From: Atractiella rhizophila | Lineage: Eukaryota | DNA length: 39,373 nucleotides | NCBI GenBank assembly: GCA_021432655.1 | Contig: MU271612.1 | Location: 1-39,373, forward strand | Direction of reading: 5' to 3' | Shown here: one piece after another, positions 1 to 16,624 of the stretch | How the letters are laid out: each line of letters opens with the position of its first letter | Numbering within the stretch: the stretch's first letter is position 1 | The notes under the pieces: model-generated | Databases searched by the model: none | What the model saw: the letters and a program-made list of their open reading frames with translations, nothing else | Told to the model about the DNA's origin: nothing | Program-made: the position numbers and the translations under genes

Positions 1-96
1 GTGCGGCTGTCTATTTTGCATCAGCGCGCTGTAGCATCGACGATTACATCGCCCAATCACACTTTCTGTCTTCGAGCGAAATTTTGAGCGAAGAAA

Positions 97-1465
97 ATGG
101 TGTTTGGATTGTTTGGAATGGGAATGGACGTGAAGAAGGGTGGGATATCGTTAGGGACAAAAAGAATGAGTGTCATCGATGTTTCCTGCAGGCAGGAGAA
201 ATCGAAGAATAATGAAGGTACGCTTTTTTCCTCCTACCTTTATTCTGCCTGGATGTGGGGTTGCAGCACCGCCAAAAATGCACTCTCCTCTAGCAGTACC
301 ACCGCGACAACACCTTCTCTGCCCTCTACATCAATATCTACGCGTCAAGCACCGACACGCGCCATCTTCCCGAACGAAATTATTTGCGAGATTGTAAACG
401 AGCTGTATGAGATCTCGTACCCAGCACGCGCATTTGCCGACTACGGCCTCGTCTCGCGGTCGTTCTATGGCTGCGTCCAGCCTCTGCTCTTCACACACGC
501 GTCTTTCGTCACTCGAAACGCGTCGGATTCACCCTGCACTCGACTCGCACTCTTCGAACATCTCCTAGCGCAGGATCCGTGGAAAGCATCACTCGTACGC
601 TCGTTGGAGATCAAGTTCCCAACCCCTCGAACTGTCTTCAGTTTCCCCTCTTATCTCACGAGCCTGCAATACCTCGCACTTTCAGGTATCGACCTCACAC
701 ATCTCTCTTCGGCCGCTCCACTCCCCTCTTGCCTCCTTACCCTCGTCATCGACTCCGGCACCGGGGCTCTCTCCAATTTAATTTCCTTCCTCCGAAACAG
801 CAAAGGAAAGCTCAAGGTCTTGAAGATGCGAACCGACTGGTCGTGCACCTGGGATGCCCTGGAAATCCACGATTTCGTACTCTTCTTCGCCTACGGCCTT
901 CAGTCGTTGGAAATGGCTTTCAAATCAGCAGCGGTAGACGTTGGACCTTCCCATGCAGTCGAGGAGCCTTGTAACGGCCATGAGTGCCTAGAGACCCATA
1001 CCTACGTTGCCGACTCCACCTTCCTCCATCTTTTGCAGCGAAGGGAAATTGCGAACTCGGAGAAGTTGAAGAGACTCGTTCCTTCATGGTACAGCTAGTG
1101 CAGATATCCTCCAGGTCATCCCTTCGTCTGTCCATGAGTTGGTGGTTTTGCGTCAACTCGACTAAGGAACCATTGGGTCTTGGTCCTGTGCTCGAATTTT
1201 TGTGCAGGATGAGATGTGGAAGAAGCCGAAAAGGATGTTGTTTGTGGATACGGGGAGATTGACTTTTGATGAACGTGATGCGGCAGCGTGGGAACTATGG
1301 GGTGATGTGAAGGATGCTGCTGAGGAGCTCAAGATAGATGTGGACTTTGAGTTGTTGCAGTGCGTCCAATAGTTTGATCGCGAAAAGTGATTGCTGATGT
1401 TGGTTTCTAGTGCTGGGGAATTTCTTGGAGATGCAACGAAGCGAGTCCTCAGTTTGATAGAATAG
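97..1465 (+). pseudogene. F-box-like protein of a lineage-expanded family, disrupted by a frameshift (~1080) and an in-frame TAA (1163-1165)
   Basis: ORF 97-1098 has an F-box-like segment (IFPNEIICEIVNELY...GLVSRSFYGCVQPLLF) followed by LRR-like LxxLxL runs. A protein-like continuation lies in another frame (FLHGTASADILQVIPSSVHELVVLRQLD*GTIGSW...ELKIDVDFELL) and splices through a clean GTGCGT..GCTGAT..CTAG intron (1360-1410) to HAGEFLGDATKRVLSLIE* at 1463-1465. The 5' end is uncertain. Confidence 0.6.
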
Positions 1466-2129
1466 GCGTTTTCGTCCTTTCTTGTTTATCGTTGTTCGCT
1501 CACTTTCAGAGTGCTTTCACAATGATAGTGTTCTTGGTTAGAAGTTGTTGTTTCGTTGTAGTAATGTTATGGTTCCAATATAGTAGTGCAATAAATTAAA
1601 TGATTTCAGCACCAACGTTCTACGATATTAGGTCTCCTGGAGCTCTCCTAGATCAGCCGATACATGCACAGCTCCTAACGATCAAGCACAGTTACCTTCC
1701 TTCAAAATTGTCGTAAAACTGTTACTTCGTTGCTTCTTTGATTCCGTGAATGCGTCAAGTCTCTGACCCAAACGCAACGCTAGAACAAATCTGCTGCAGG
1801 AGGCATGGTTGCGCGCCGTGGCACTATAAAGGAACGTTCTTTTTTTCAAGGAATAATTCCCCTTGAGAGAGCAGAACTTGATAAAACAGATGGATGGCAG
1901 ATATGGCACAAACACAAGCAGTTCCGCCTTTCCATCAGGGGAGCCAGATGCCAACAGCGATCGCTGACGAAAACCCTGAATCACGATGGATGCTGCTAGT
2001 ACGATGGCATGGACGCTGAAATTTACCGTGAGAGTGCATTGTTAACGATCTCTTTTATATCCAAGATAGGAACTGACGCGCCGTCATAGGTTTACAGAAA
2101 GATGAACAGTCTCGCTACAACAGTTTTGA

Positions 2130-4087
2130 TCAACTGCGTAGACCTGGATACCATGCTGGTTCAAGCGCTGGAAGTCATGAGAACTTGAGCTCCATCATTT
2201 GGACAGTTAAGATGGGACACCATACATTTTCTAAGTCCCGCCAATACTTTCGACTTGTTCTCTAGTCGATTCTTGGTCGCCTCAGGAATCTGTTTACTCC
2301 CAGAAGTGACCTGTACGAGGAACCCAAGCAGTCAGCGAGAGCGTCGACACGGGGGCGAGTTTCTAATGGGACGAATGAAAGTGGCATGAATGAACGAACC
2401 TTGAGTTGTTGTCCATCGATCTCATCCTTCACAGACATTTGAAGCAAGTCCGTCCAAATGGTGACCCAATCGTCGTTTTGTTCCTTCTCCGAGGTCGGAC
2501 GCACCAGCGAATCGTTGTCCAAGGCATCGTGAAAGTCCTCAGGCAGTCGATCGCATACAGAATGGATCACTTCAGACAAACAATCTGGTCCGTCTGAGGT
2601 GACAACGATCCTCCCAATCGAGTTTAACAGCGCCGTTGATGTCGATGCCCCATTCTCAGGAGTAGATTCTGATCCTTCACTCCCTAATTCTCCTGTGTGC
2701 TGTCCCAAGGGGAATGACGTTAGTAGTCTAGACGTATCAGGTGCCGCATTGTTTATCTGTTCATACAGCTCCTGAACACCCATTGGAGTCTTTACTTCGG
2801 AGTGCCTTGTTCGGACAAGATCTTCTAAATCCATCCATCCACGTTTCCTCGTCCTCCTCATGCTCCTTATCCCATTCCTCGTTCAGCCTTTTACTTTGTT
2901 TCATGTTGACCTGCCTCATCATCTCCCTCATACCGCCACCGTTTTCACCAACAACTACTTTAAAACTTGGCATCCCCAAAGCTACTCAAATTTTTTGAAA
3001 AATCGAAAGATCCCAAATATTCCTCCAGTCTCTTCTTCGTCCACTTTCGATGCTGATGGGGAGTTACGTCCCCATATATACGTGGCAGGGCTTCGTGGTT
3101 CAGGATTAATGACTCGAGGGAGGGCTCTCTGCTTGGGGAGGAACTTGAAAGCGAACTGGCTCGGGGTTGCACCGCCATCAGTCTCGCCCTGTGAATCCTT
3201 GTCCAACCTATTCATTTTTTCAGCAATCGTTCTGTACCTGAATGCAGACGGAAGGGCGAGTCGTTTAATAAGCGCCTGATCTACTCCTGCTTCGTCGAGC
3301 GATAGTGGTCGATCGGCTTTGAGAAGGATCGTCACTCGTTCAGACTCTTTGTCCTTCCGCGCGAATTCGGCGAGGTAGACAGGCTGGTAGACGGGGTACG
3401 CGAGCAGGATTGACTCGCTTCCTTCTTTCGATAACGCTCCTCCGGTAGATTCTATCAGCTTTGAAATCATGTTGGTCGGCACGATGGAGAATGGGAGGAT
3501 TTCGGGTGGTGTGCTGGAAATGCTAGTAGGCGTGGAGGTGTAAGAAGAGAATGGGAGACATCTGTCCTCGGGGATGGGCCGGGTGTCCAAGATGGGACAA
3601 TCGCTTAATATCGGTGTGGTGAATGCTGGGAGGGTGATTGACATGGAAGAGACTGAAGACAAGTCGTAACGGTTAAAGACTGCGAAGACCCTGAAAAGGG
3701 AAATGGCGTACGAAACATTGCTTTACTTTCTTCGTCTCCGCCTTTGCCTGCCAATTTTAAGTTGGCGGCCAAACTGAGGTACCAAAAAGGGAGGAAGAAG
3801 GGTTGGAAAGACTGCAGTTTGGCGAGGCGGGACTCGTCGACAAGGGTATCTATGTCGAAATTTTCGGCGCCAGGACCCTTTGATAGAAAATTGGCGGCCA
3901 TGTAAACATCGGCATTCCTAGAGTAACATTGACGCTTTCATCTTGGTCAGAAAGGAAGATGTAGGACGGAAAGGGGACGGACGAGGTATCTGTTTTTTGG
4001 TGCAAAGTACAGTTGCGCAACTTCGGCAGCATACTCTCGAGCCCAGTCTGAAGGAACGTGGAATGGGAGGTCTGGAAGCAAGGACAT
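2130..4087 (-). CDS. Hypothetical fungal protein, multi-exon; 5' end and the 2866-2985 junction uncertain
   Basis: Exons join in frame: LPFHVPSDWAREY..., PFFLPFWYL..., intron 3653-3711, ORF 2982-3662 (ILLAYPVYQPVYLAEF), ORF 2262-2861, then two GT-AG introns to ...KVLAGLRKSLEPAWYPGLRS* (stop 2130-2132). It could instead be two genes. Confidence 0.55.
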
Positions 4088-4985
4088 TGGTTAGTAATCA
4101 ACGCACAACAAGAACTCCCAGAATTCCGATTAGCAGGGCTGCCGCTGAACAGCAACGAGCACGATATACAGAAAGTACCTTTCGTCTTATTCTAGATACA
4201 CCTCCTGAAAGATGCCAGGAGGAGGACTTTCTAGCGAATAGAAACTTTGGCCAAAAGCAAGGACACTGCATTAAATAAGTATCAGATCTGGTCAAACACA
4301 CTTGCCCGAAAATAATCATGAACGCTTTTCCAGAAAGGAGGATGTCAATAAATGTTGGATTTTGAAAGCGTTGATCTAGAAAGTGGTGCTTTCTTTTTTC
4401 TGTTTGATATTTGTGGTCAAAGTGCTTAACTTGATAAGAAGACGCGGAAAGAGACCGTTCTAGAAAGCATAGCATAAAAGGCAATACTCACATCCAATTT
4501 TATTGCTTGTCCTTTACAAACCCAATAAATCAATACGAAGACTTGTTACAATTCTACTTCCACAGGGAAAACTAGGAAAGTTAGTGACACACCGTGGGTT
4601 TGCCTCTCCTGGAGCAGCAGACGTTGAAGCTGCTCGACTATTTGTTCTCCAGATGGTCGTGCTCCGGTGGACTGCGACTCGCCCGGAAAGAGCAAAAGGA
4701 GCAAAAGGAGAGGCAGAGCGAGTGCGTAGAAAGAGCATACTGCCCTTTTTTAAAGTTGCAACTGCTGAGGGCCGTAAGTTAAGACGTGATGCTCGCATGA
4801 GGCTTACCTCGTACTTCTAGCTATTTTATGAAGGACTCTGCTGCAGCAGTCAATGGCAATGGTTTACAATGAATCAACAAAACTTTGTCCTGTGTAGTTC
4901 AGTCTTTCCTTTTTTGGAGGGTTGCCAGCTAAGTCATTACATATTTCAATCTCCAACAGCCAAACTCTCAAGCTAAACCCAAAAA

Positions 4986-4991
4986 ACGCGT
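4986..4991. promoter_or_regulatory. MCB-like element (ACGCGT) ~50 bp upstream of the SMC3 start codon
   Basis: AAAAAACGCGTC at 4981-4992, plus TTTGCGCG at 5004-5011. MluI cell-cycle boxes drive G1/S expression of cohesin genes in yeasts. Confidence 0.4.
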
Positions 4992-5041
4992 CTTTCATTC
5001 TCGTTTGCGCGTTCTGAGCTCAAATTGAAGAGGATCCGACG

Positions 5042-9730
<4,689 letters not shown>

Positions 9731-10220
9731 GTGCTCTGTTTCGATTTTCTGCCCTGTTCCGATTATGCTCGATGTTTTGAATTCATTTTCCCTCAGATCT
9801 GCAGTAGTCTGTCGTGCTGTTGTTGCAACTGACTTTGTTTACCTCATATTCACTCCTCACAACAACTGAGAGCTCAAAATGGTAATACAATATTCATTCC
9901 TCCCTCCCTGATCCTTCCCATGTAGAGGACCCCTAAATTGATATAATTGAATATGGATATAGGTAACAGGAGAGGCTGATGAGAGTCTGATCGCTTCATC
10001 CGGTGATCAACCTTTCCTGACGTGAGCTGGTAAACAGATACTGGTAAGATATTCAGGAACATGAGCTGGAGAGCAAATTGAAACGAAGCGAAACACATCA
10101 TTGACAAGCACAAGAAGACTCGAAGACGATCGCTCAACTCAAACACGAAGCGCTAACACGTACTTTGTCAGAAGTATCGAAGACACAAATCCTTCACCAG
10201 CCTCACCATCTGCCCCACCT

Positions 10221-12487
10221 CTATCCACTGACTCCGTCCACATCCAACTCCCTCTCCGCCTCTACGGCCACGTCTCCTTCCCTGACGCCACCCGTGCTCC
10301 TGCTCCCCACGATCGACGAGCTCCCCACACCCACGCTTCCATTCGCGCTCCCCCGCGCTCCCGCACCCCCTTGCATAGTCGCGCTGACCGGTGTGGACCT
10401 ATCCATCTTCGCCATGCCCTGCGAGGAGGGTACGGGCGTGAGGGGCAAGGGGAGAGGAGTGTGCGGAGCCGATGGCTGCTGGTGTTGGGCCTGGGCTTGG
10501 GCTTGGGCGTGGATCTGGGGTTGGATCTGGGAAGGGAACGGCGGAGGGGGACCGGCGGGCGCGGTTTGGGGGGGGATGGGGGTATTGGTACGGCTGTGCG
10601 GGCGGTGGAGGGGGGTAGATGTAGTTCTGCTGCGGCTGTTGCTGATGGTGGTGGTGCATGTGTTGGTGGTGTGGTGGGGGTTGAGGAGGGAGGGAGGAGC
10701 GCGCGGAGTGGTTGGCGGGAGGGAGGGAGGAGAGGGACATGTGTCTCGTTCCCTGGACGTTCGGATGCTGGTGCGGTGGGTAGTACGCCTGTGATGGAGG
10801 TGGCGCGGGAGGCTGGTGGTGCGGATGATGTTGGTGTGGACCGGGGGGTGGAGCAAGCCCGAAATGAAGCTTGAGCGCTTCGTTTTCTCGTACCAATTCC
10901 TCGTTGTGGCCTTTAAGTTGGGTGACATAATCGACCGCTACTCGCCCACCAAGAATGAGAACATCAGCATCATCTCTCTCTCTTTAATTCAAGCAAAAGG
11001 AAAGATAAGGAAGAAACGCAAAGACCTACCCCTGGACAGAATCTCCCACTTGCTGCTCTTCCCACCCCTCTCACTGGGCAACTGTTCCCTAAGCTCATCA
11101 AACAAGTCCTTCATCTCCTTCCTCCTCTTCCTCTCCGCCAACTTATGGCTCACCCTCAACTCCGGGCTCCTCGAATACGGATGGACCGCACCCGCCGAGC
11201 GCGCCGAGTCGAGGTGCTTGTTATGTCTCGTCGCCGACGGCTGGGTCGATTGGGTCGATTGTTGTGGACGGGAATCGGAGTCGGAGTCTTGGGACGCGGA
11301 GGGGGAGCGCGACGCTGACGGACGGCGGCGGGTAGAGCGACGGCGTGGCTGGGTCGGTTGAGTGGACCCGGGTTGGGAGGGGGAGGGGAGCGGGAGGAGC
11401 GGAGGAGGAGGATTGGAGGAGGGAGGAGAAGTTGGGCAGACTCCCTCTCCTCCCTCCGCCTCCCATTCCGTTCATCCCCATCCCCATCCCCATGTCCATC
11501 CCCAAATCCATGTCGATCCCGCCGCCCATGGAGGATGATGAGGGCTGCGGAGCGCCAGGGAAGGGGTAGGTTGGGTAGGTTGGCGGGTAGTTGGGATGTT
11601 GGTGGTGCTGAGGTGGATAGCCGTTTCCGTTCGGCGGCAGTTGGGAGGAAGGATGTTGCGGTTGCTGTTGCTGCGAAGGTGGATGCGGAGGGAAAGAATA
11701 CGACATCAACCCGGGAGGTGGACCTGCTCCAGCTTGATTCGGATGATTCACTGGTGCCGGGTAAGGATACTGGGTGGGTGGTGGCGGAGGTTGCTGGAAA
11801 TGTTGAGTAGGAGGGTTCGATGGGACGGCAGCAGGTGGATGGGAAGGGAGGGCGATGTCTTCCTGTCTCCTCCTCACTCTCCTCTCGAATTCCCTCTGCG
11901 AATCCCTCCACTCTCCGCCAGTCCCTCTCCCGCTCCCCTCCGCTCCCTCATTCCCTGCTCTCCCTCCACCATCACCGATACGCGAGCCAGAACGCGAAGA
12001 GCCAGAATCCCGACTCGGCCTCCTCTCTCCCATCCCCAGCGCCATCCCCCTGCCCAAACCAGATCCAGGTCCAGCCGAATGCGACGACGCCTGGCTTATA
12101 GATCCGTGGCCCTGCTGAGGATGCTCGAGCTCATACGACGACTTTCGCTTCTGACCCCTTCCCTCGGTAGCTCGCGCAGCATGAGAAGGGGACACGGAAG
12201 GAGGCAACGGGGTGCTGGCGTTGGTGGTGGGAAACGGGTCGAGGACGGACGGCAGAGAGCCCTTGCGATAGCCTGCGACCGCTGCTGATGGGAAGGCTTG
12301 CGGGTTTGGCGCGGAGGACGTGCTGGGATGGGATGGATGGGCGTGAGCGTGCAGGGACGGGTCGGAGTGTGTGTGCTGCTGGACAGAATGACGGAATGTC
12401 GACCACTGCGCCATGCCAATGTGATGCAGAAGAAATGCTCACCTCCTCCCTGTGCTGCAGTGGCAGAGGCAGCGAAAAGGTCTCCAT
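10221..12487 (-). CDS. bHLH transcription factor with Pro/Gln/His-rich low-complexity regions; assembly shows apparent frameshifts near 11380 and 10570
   Basis: [59 protein letters not shown] across intron 10938-11029. First exon [15 protein letters not shown] (12443-12487) has a GTGAGC donor. The C-terminus ends at 10399 or 10221 depending on the second frameshift. Confidence 0.85.
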
Positions 12488-13473
12488 TGTTTCCTGCTTC
12501 CTGCCTATTCGAAGCAATTACGGTAATATGTTGCCGCCAGCTACTACTTTATGGAGAGTTGACAGGTATATGTCGGCGTCACTTCGATCGATAGCGTGTG
12601 AGGTTACGTTATCTACCTGCACTGGCCTACTCGCCCAATACTGCAGAGAGCGATATCCCAGAAAAAGAAAAAAGGAGGGAAGAGGAGATGGTCGACAGAT
12701 CGAAGCTAATCGCAATTTCCGCGAGGCGCACATGGCGCTGCACGTTTCAGCCACAAATTTCCGAAACTGGCAATTCACTTTCTGGCGCGTTGTTATCGTT
12801 GCAATGAAATATTAACCATCAGTGAAATTATGAGCGAAGGGTTGCCAGAAGTGTTGAATGTGCCTACTGTAGTGAGTGAGCTCGGCGCTTGGGAGAAGGG
12901 ATCGAGCGTGGGAAACTTTCCTGAAAATGTGTGTGCTTGAATGGTTTGTTGCCAGTTCTCCTCTCCTACTGTCGAGATGAGTATGATGCTGGAGTGTCTC
13001 CAACTGGCTTCAGTTTCATCCATCTTCCAGTAGCCACTTAACGTGTTCTGATTGGCTTCCTCTTATTTAACTTAAAGGAGAGAGAACAGGACGGAAGAGT
13101 TCAAGTTTGCATACTGTTGATGTGACTCCATCAAAACGTATTTCCAACTATGCAACCATTTCGGTGTGAATCATCCGAAGCTGAATGGCCATTGCGACGG
13201 CCTCTTCCCATCAACTTAGATATTAAAGTGATAATCAGCAATATTCAACGCGAAAGAGCAAGAATCGCAATTGATGATGACCACAGAATGGCTAGTGACG
13301 AACAGACCGTTGTTACATTCAGTTGCTGGTGACCTTGTTCACACAATCAGCGAAACTTGGGCCCAAAACATATGATTGCATTCAACATATTTAATAGAAT
13401 CAACTCAAACAGCAATTTTGTCTCCGCCCACAAGTCACACGTCGCTTCCAGAGCGACTCATCAGGACTTTGAC

Positions 13474-14466
13474 TCAACCACCAATTTTGGCCAAAGCAAA
13501 AGCGACGGCTTGGCTTTGGTACGTGCTCACGACGATGAGGTGGTCGTTGACATTCCCGCCGCTTGCGCTATCGAATACAACATCACTCGTTAGAACTGGG
13601 TGCTGGGTGCGGTGGAAGGCAAAGGCGAGCGCTCACCATACGGGATCGTTCACCAAGCAGTAGCTGGCCAGCACAGACGAAAAAGCATTCAGTGCCCCGG
13701 AGGCGCGCGGAGAGAGACCGCTCCTGCAGAACTCATCAGATTTATAGAGGAGAGCATCACGTTTCTCACCTGGCTGAACCCGTGCCTACGTTGTACGGCT
13801 GATTCGCTACATGCGTGGGCTAAAGTTGGTTATGTTGACGCTTGATACGCCTGATTGGGAGAGAGACCCACATCAGCGAACAGCGCAGCTGCTTTAACTG
13901 ACCAAGTCAACCGCCATCAATACCTTCATTCTTCTCAGCAGGAAATTAGATACTCACTGAGATCCGTTCCTGTGCTCCTGGACTGCAACACATCGGCTAT
14001 CACTTGAGCTCCCTGGCTATAGCCCAAGACAACAATCTATTCATCGCTCAGTCGCAGTTGTGGTTGAAGACTGAACGAAAGAAAAGTCGTACTTTTTGGG
14101 AGGGGCAGGTGGTCTTTGCGCTCGCCAATTGCGCTTTCAGCAGCGAGACGCCCTGAGATTCGGACTGGTTGTAATTCGCAAACGTCGCGGGGTAGGGCAC
14201 GTCGTAGATGGTCATCGTCTGGCTGGACTGGGCGTCGATGGCGCTCTCTACTGCTCCAAGTCGCCCTGGTATGGTTTCATCTGACCCTCGGAGCGCTATT
14301 TCCATGCATCAATCAGGTAAACATGGAACGTTGAGACGATGGTGGACGTACACAATATCTTCACTGCTGTGCAGCTCTGTCGTTCTTCGAGCTTGGGAGC
14401 AGAAGGAGCACCGCTGCTGACTACGAGGATGGAGAAAACACAGAGGAGAGAACGAAGGGACACCAT
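13474..14466 (-). CDS. Secreted cutinase / acetylxylan esterase (carbohydrate esterase family 5), 6 introns
   Basis: Signal peptide MVSLRSLLCVFSILVVSSG; LRGSDE; VPYPA; CPSQK|IVVLGYSQGAQV (catalytic Ser motif); AALFAD|P; SYCLVNDPVC (Asp); VNDHL (His). Includes a 26-nt exon at 13872-13897; stop at 13474-13476. Confidence 0.92.
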
Positions 14467-16624
14467 CTTGTCGTTGTGATTCGCTACAGGATAAGCAAGA
14501 GTAGTCGCTTTTTATACGTTTGCCTCCTCTTCGAGTGGTAAAATGAAAGAACCATGCTCGAGTTCCCTCACACACGTTGAGGTGTAGGCATGCGGTTGTC
14601 CCGCCATCACGACTTCTCTTTACACGGTGGCAGTCGCCTCCTCCTACCCGTCTCCCTCATCGCAACGCGAAAAACCTTGATCATCAGGGGGAGGTGGAAA
14701 AAATGATACCCTTCGGGTTGGAGGGGCAAGTGGCAACGTTGACAGCGGAACAATATACCGCTTTGCTCCATCCATCTAACCGCTCCATCACTGCTAGCTG
14801 CATCCCCAACAGCATAGCTACGTCAGGCAGACTTTGTCAAAACAGGCGAATTTATCCCTGAAGCGGACGTCACCGTGGATTGTGCACGAGGACGGGGATG
14901 GCGTGTGGAGCGGACTGAATTGACGGCACAAGCTGCCAAGTGGTGAAGGATCGATTGAATCTACGACCGTCTGGAATGTGAAGGCTAGCGCTCGCTTCTC
15001 CACGGTACTTGGGAGATTGGATCAAGCAGCAACGCCTGTGGAGTGTGCTTACGACAAGTGAGCTATTCAGATGATGGACTATCCATCGGTTCGAAGTGTC
15101 AACGTTGGCTTCAGCATAGATTGTCGTATGGTTTTTGTGGCACTCCCTGCGGTTTGTGACGGTTTCTCATTGAATCAAACACCACTTCGTTTTTAATGAT
15201 CCAACTTAACCATCTTTTTGTAGCACGACAACAAGAGAAGGCAAACTGGACCCACATTCAAAAAAACAGCACACCGTCAAGAGCTTTCGCACACTATTGC
15301 CTGATGGACCTTGGCAATGGTCAAAAGCCGGTTGTACCGTATCCCGGTTACATCACGCCTGGAAACTGAGGCGTCTAAGATTAGGGCATTGTTGACGTTC
15401 CAGCGCGGCATAAACATTCGCCCTCCCGCAGATACTAGTGCCATTGCTGCTAGAGTGCAAGAGCGCATATGGGAGCAGGAATGATAGATCTGAGGAACGA
15501 CAGGCAATCGCAGGACTTTAATTTTGATGCAGAGGTGAAAATTAGTGTCAAAGCCATGTCGCAAGGCGCGAGGAGTCCCTTGAGTGGAAGGCATTCCAGA
15601 TCCATGACCGCCAGGAACTGTGTCATTGTCGCTTGAAAGAAACGAAAGCGCGAATACTTTAAAGACAGATCTTATTGACCTTCACATGCTGAATAGTGAG
15701 TGCTGAGAATTAGCCATCGAGTTTAAAAGGAGCCAGAGCCTGTCTCGAACCATCAATGCAGACATTGAGTGAAAGAACAATCGAATTCAGGTAGCCTACG
15801 TGATAAGGTGTGGCAGGACACTACGCCCTTAACGAGTTGATTGCGAGATGATGACCAGGATTTCGTTCGGTAGTCGTTTTATGACCGACAAATGCCATCA
15901 TCCCTGCATGCAATCAACGCTGAGCGCTGAGCCTTAGTTGTCATCATAAACGCTCACAGTGACTCAGTGAAGCAATGGTTCTGCTTGTTTAACTTTCGAA
16001 GGACCAGCTTCATGCTCGAGAGCAACTAACGATTTCATATTCAGGTTTCATGGCTGCACGTGACGCACCCTCGTCATGGCGTTGTTACAGACACTGGAGA
16101 TGCATGCAAAAAGTCATGCACGGCGCATAAATTCACGGATGTCGCAATTCCATATCCGAATGTTCCTTGGCATTTCGACGACAGGAGCTCTTTCGTCGTC
16201 AGCTGTAAAAAGTAATACTTGAATCACGAGCTTCCACTTCGAATTAGGCAGCCTAAGTCGTTGAGTTATTGGAGGATACATTCTCTCAGACAGGGAAGAA
16301 CAAAGAAAGTGCGCAGCTGCACCAGTTAAAGGTTTGCTAAGCCGAAAGAGTGGATTGTTTGCCACTGTCCTATAAGGTGAATCAACGGTTACTACAACAT
16401 TGTTTTGTTGGAAACATTTCCGAGAAACTAAAAGAGTAGCTCACATTGAAAACACCATTATTCTACACCTGCCAACCTGTGGGGAGCTATACTTGTCACA
16501 GGCGAAGACCTAAGCAGGCCTGAGTACGTACAATTTGGTTTCTCCGTATCGCATGGATGCTGTCAATTTGGATTAATTTAAGGCTATTAGGCTGACATTT
16601 TTTTGTGTGTACTCAGGATAAACC

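Noticed and set aside
4503..4820. 105-aa plus-strand ORF upstream of SMC3
   Set aside because: Non-ATG start and no recognisable domain; the splice-like signals do not yield a convincing gene.
10101..12288. Many long overlapping plus-strand ORFs (e.g. 10101-10874, 10816-11361, 11596-12288)
   Set aside because: Antisense shadows of the GC-rich, low-complexity bHLH gene; no independent motifs.
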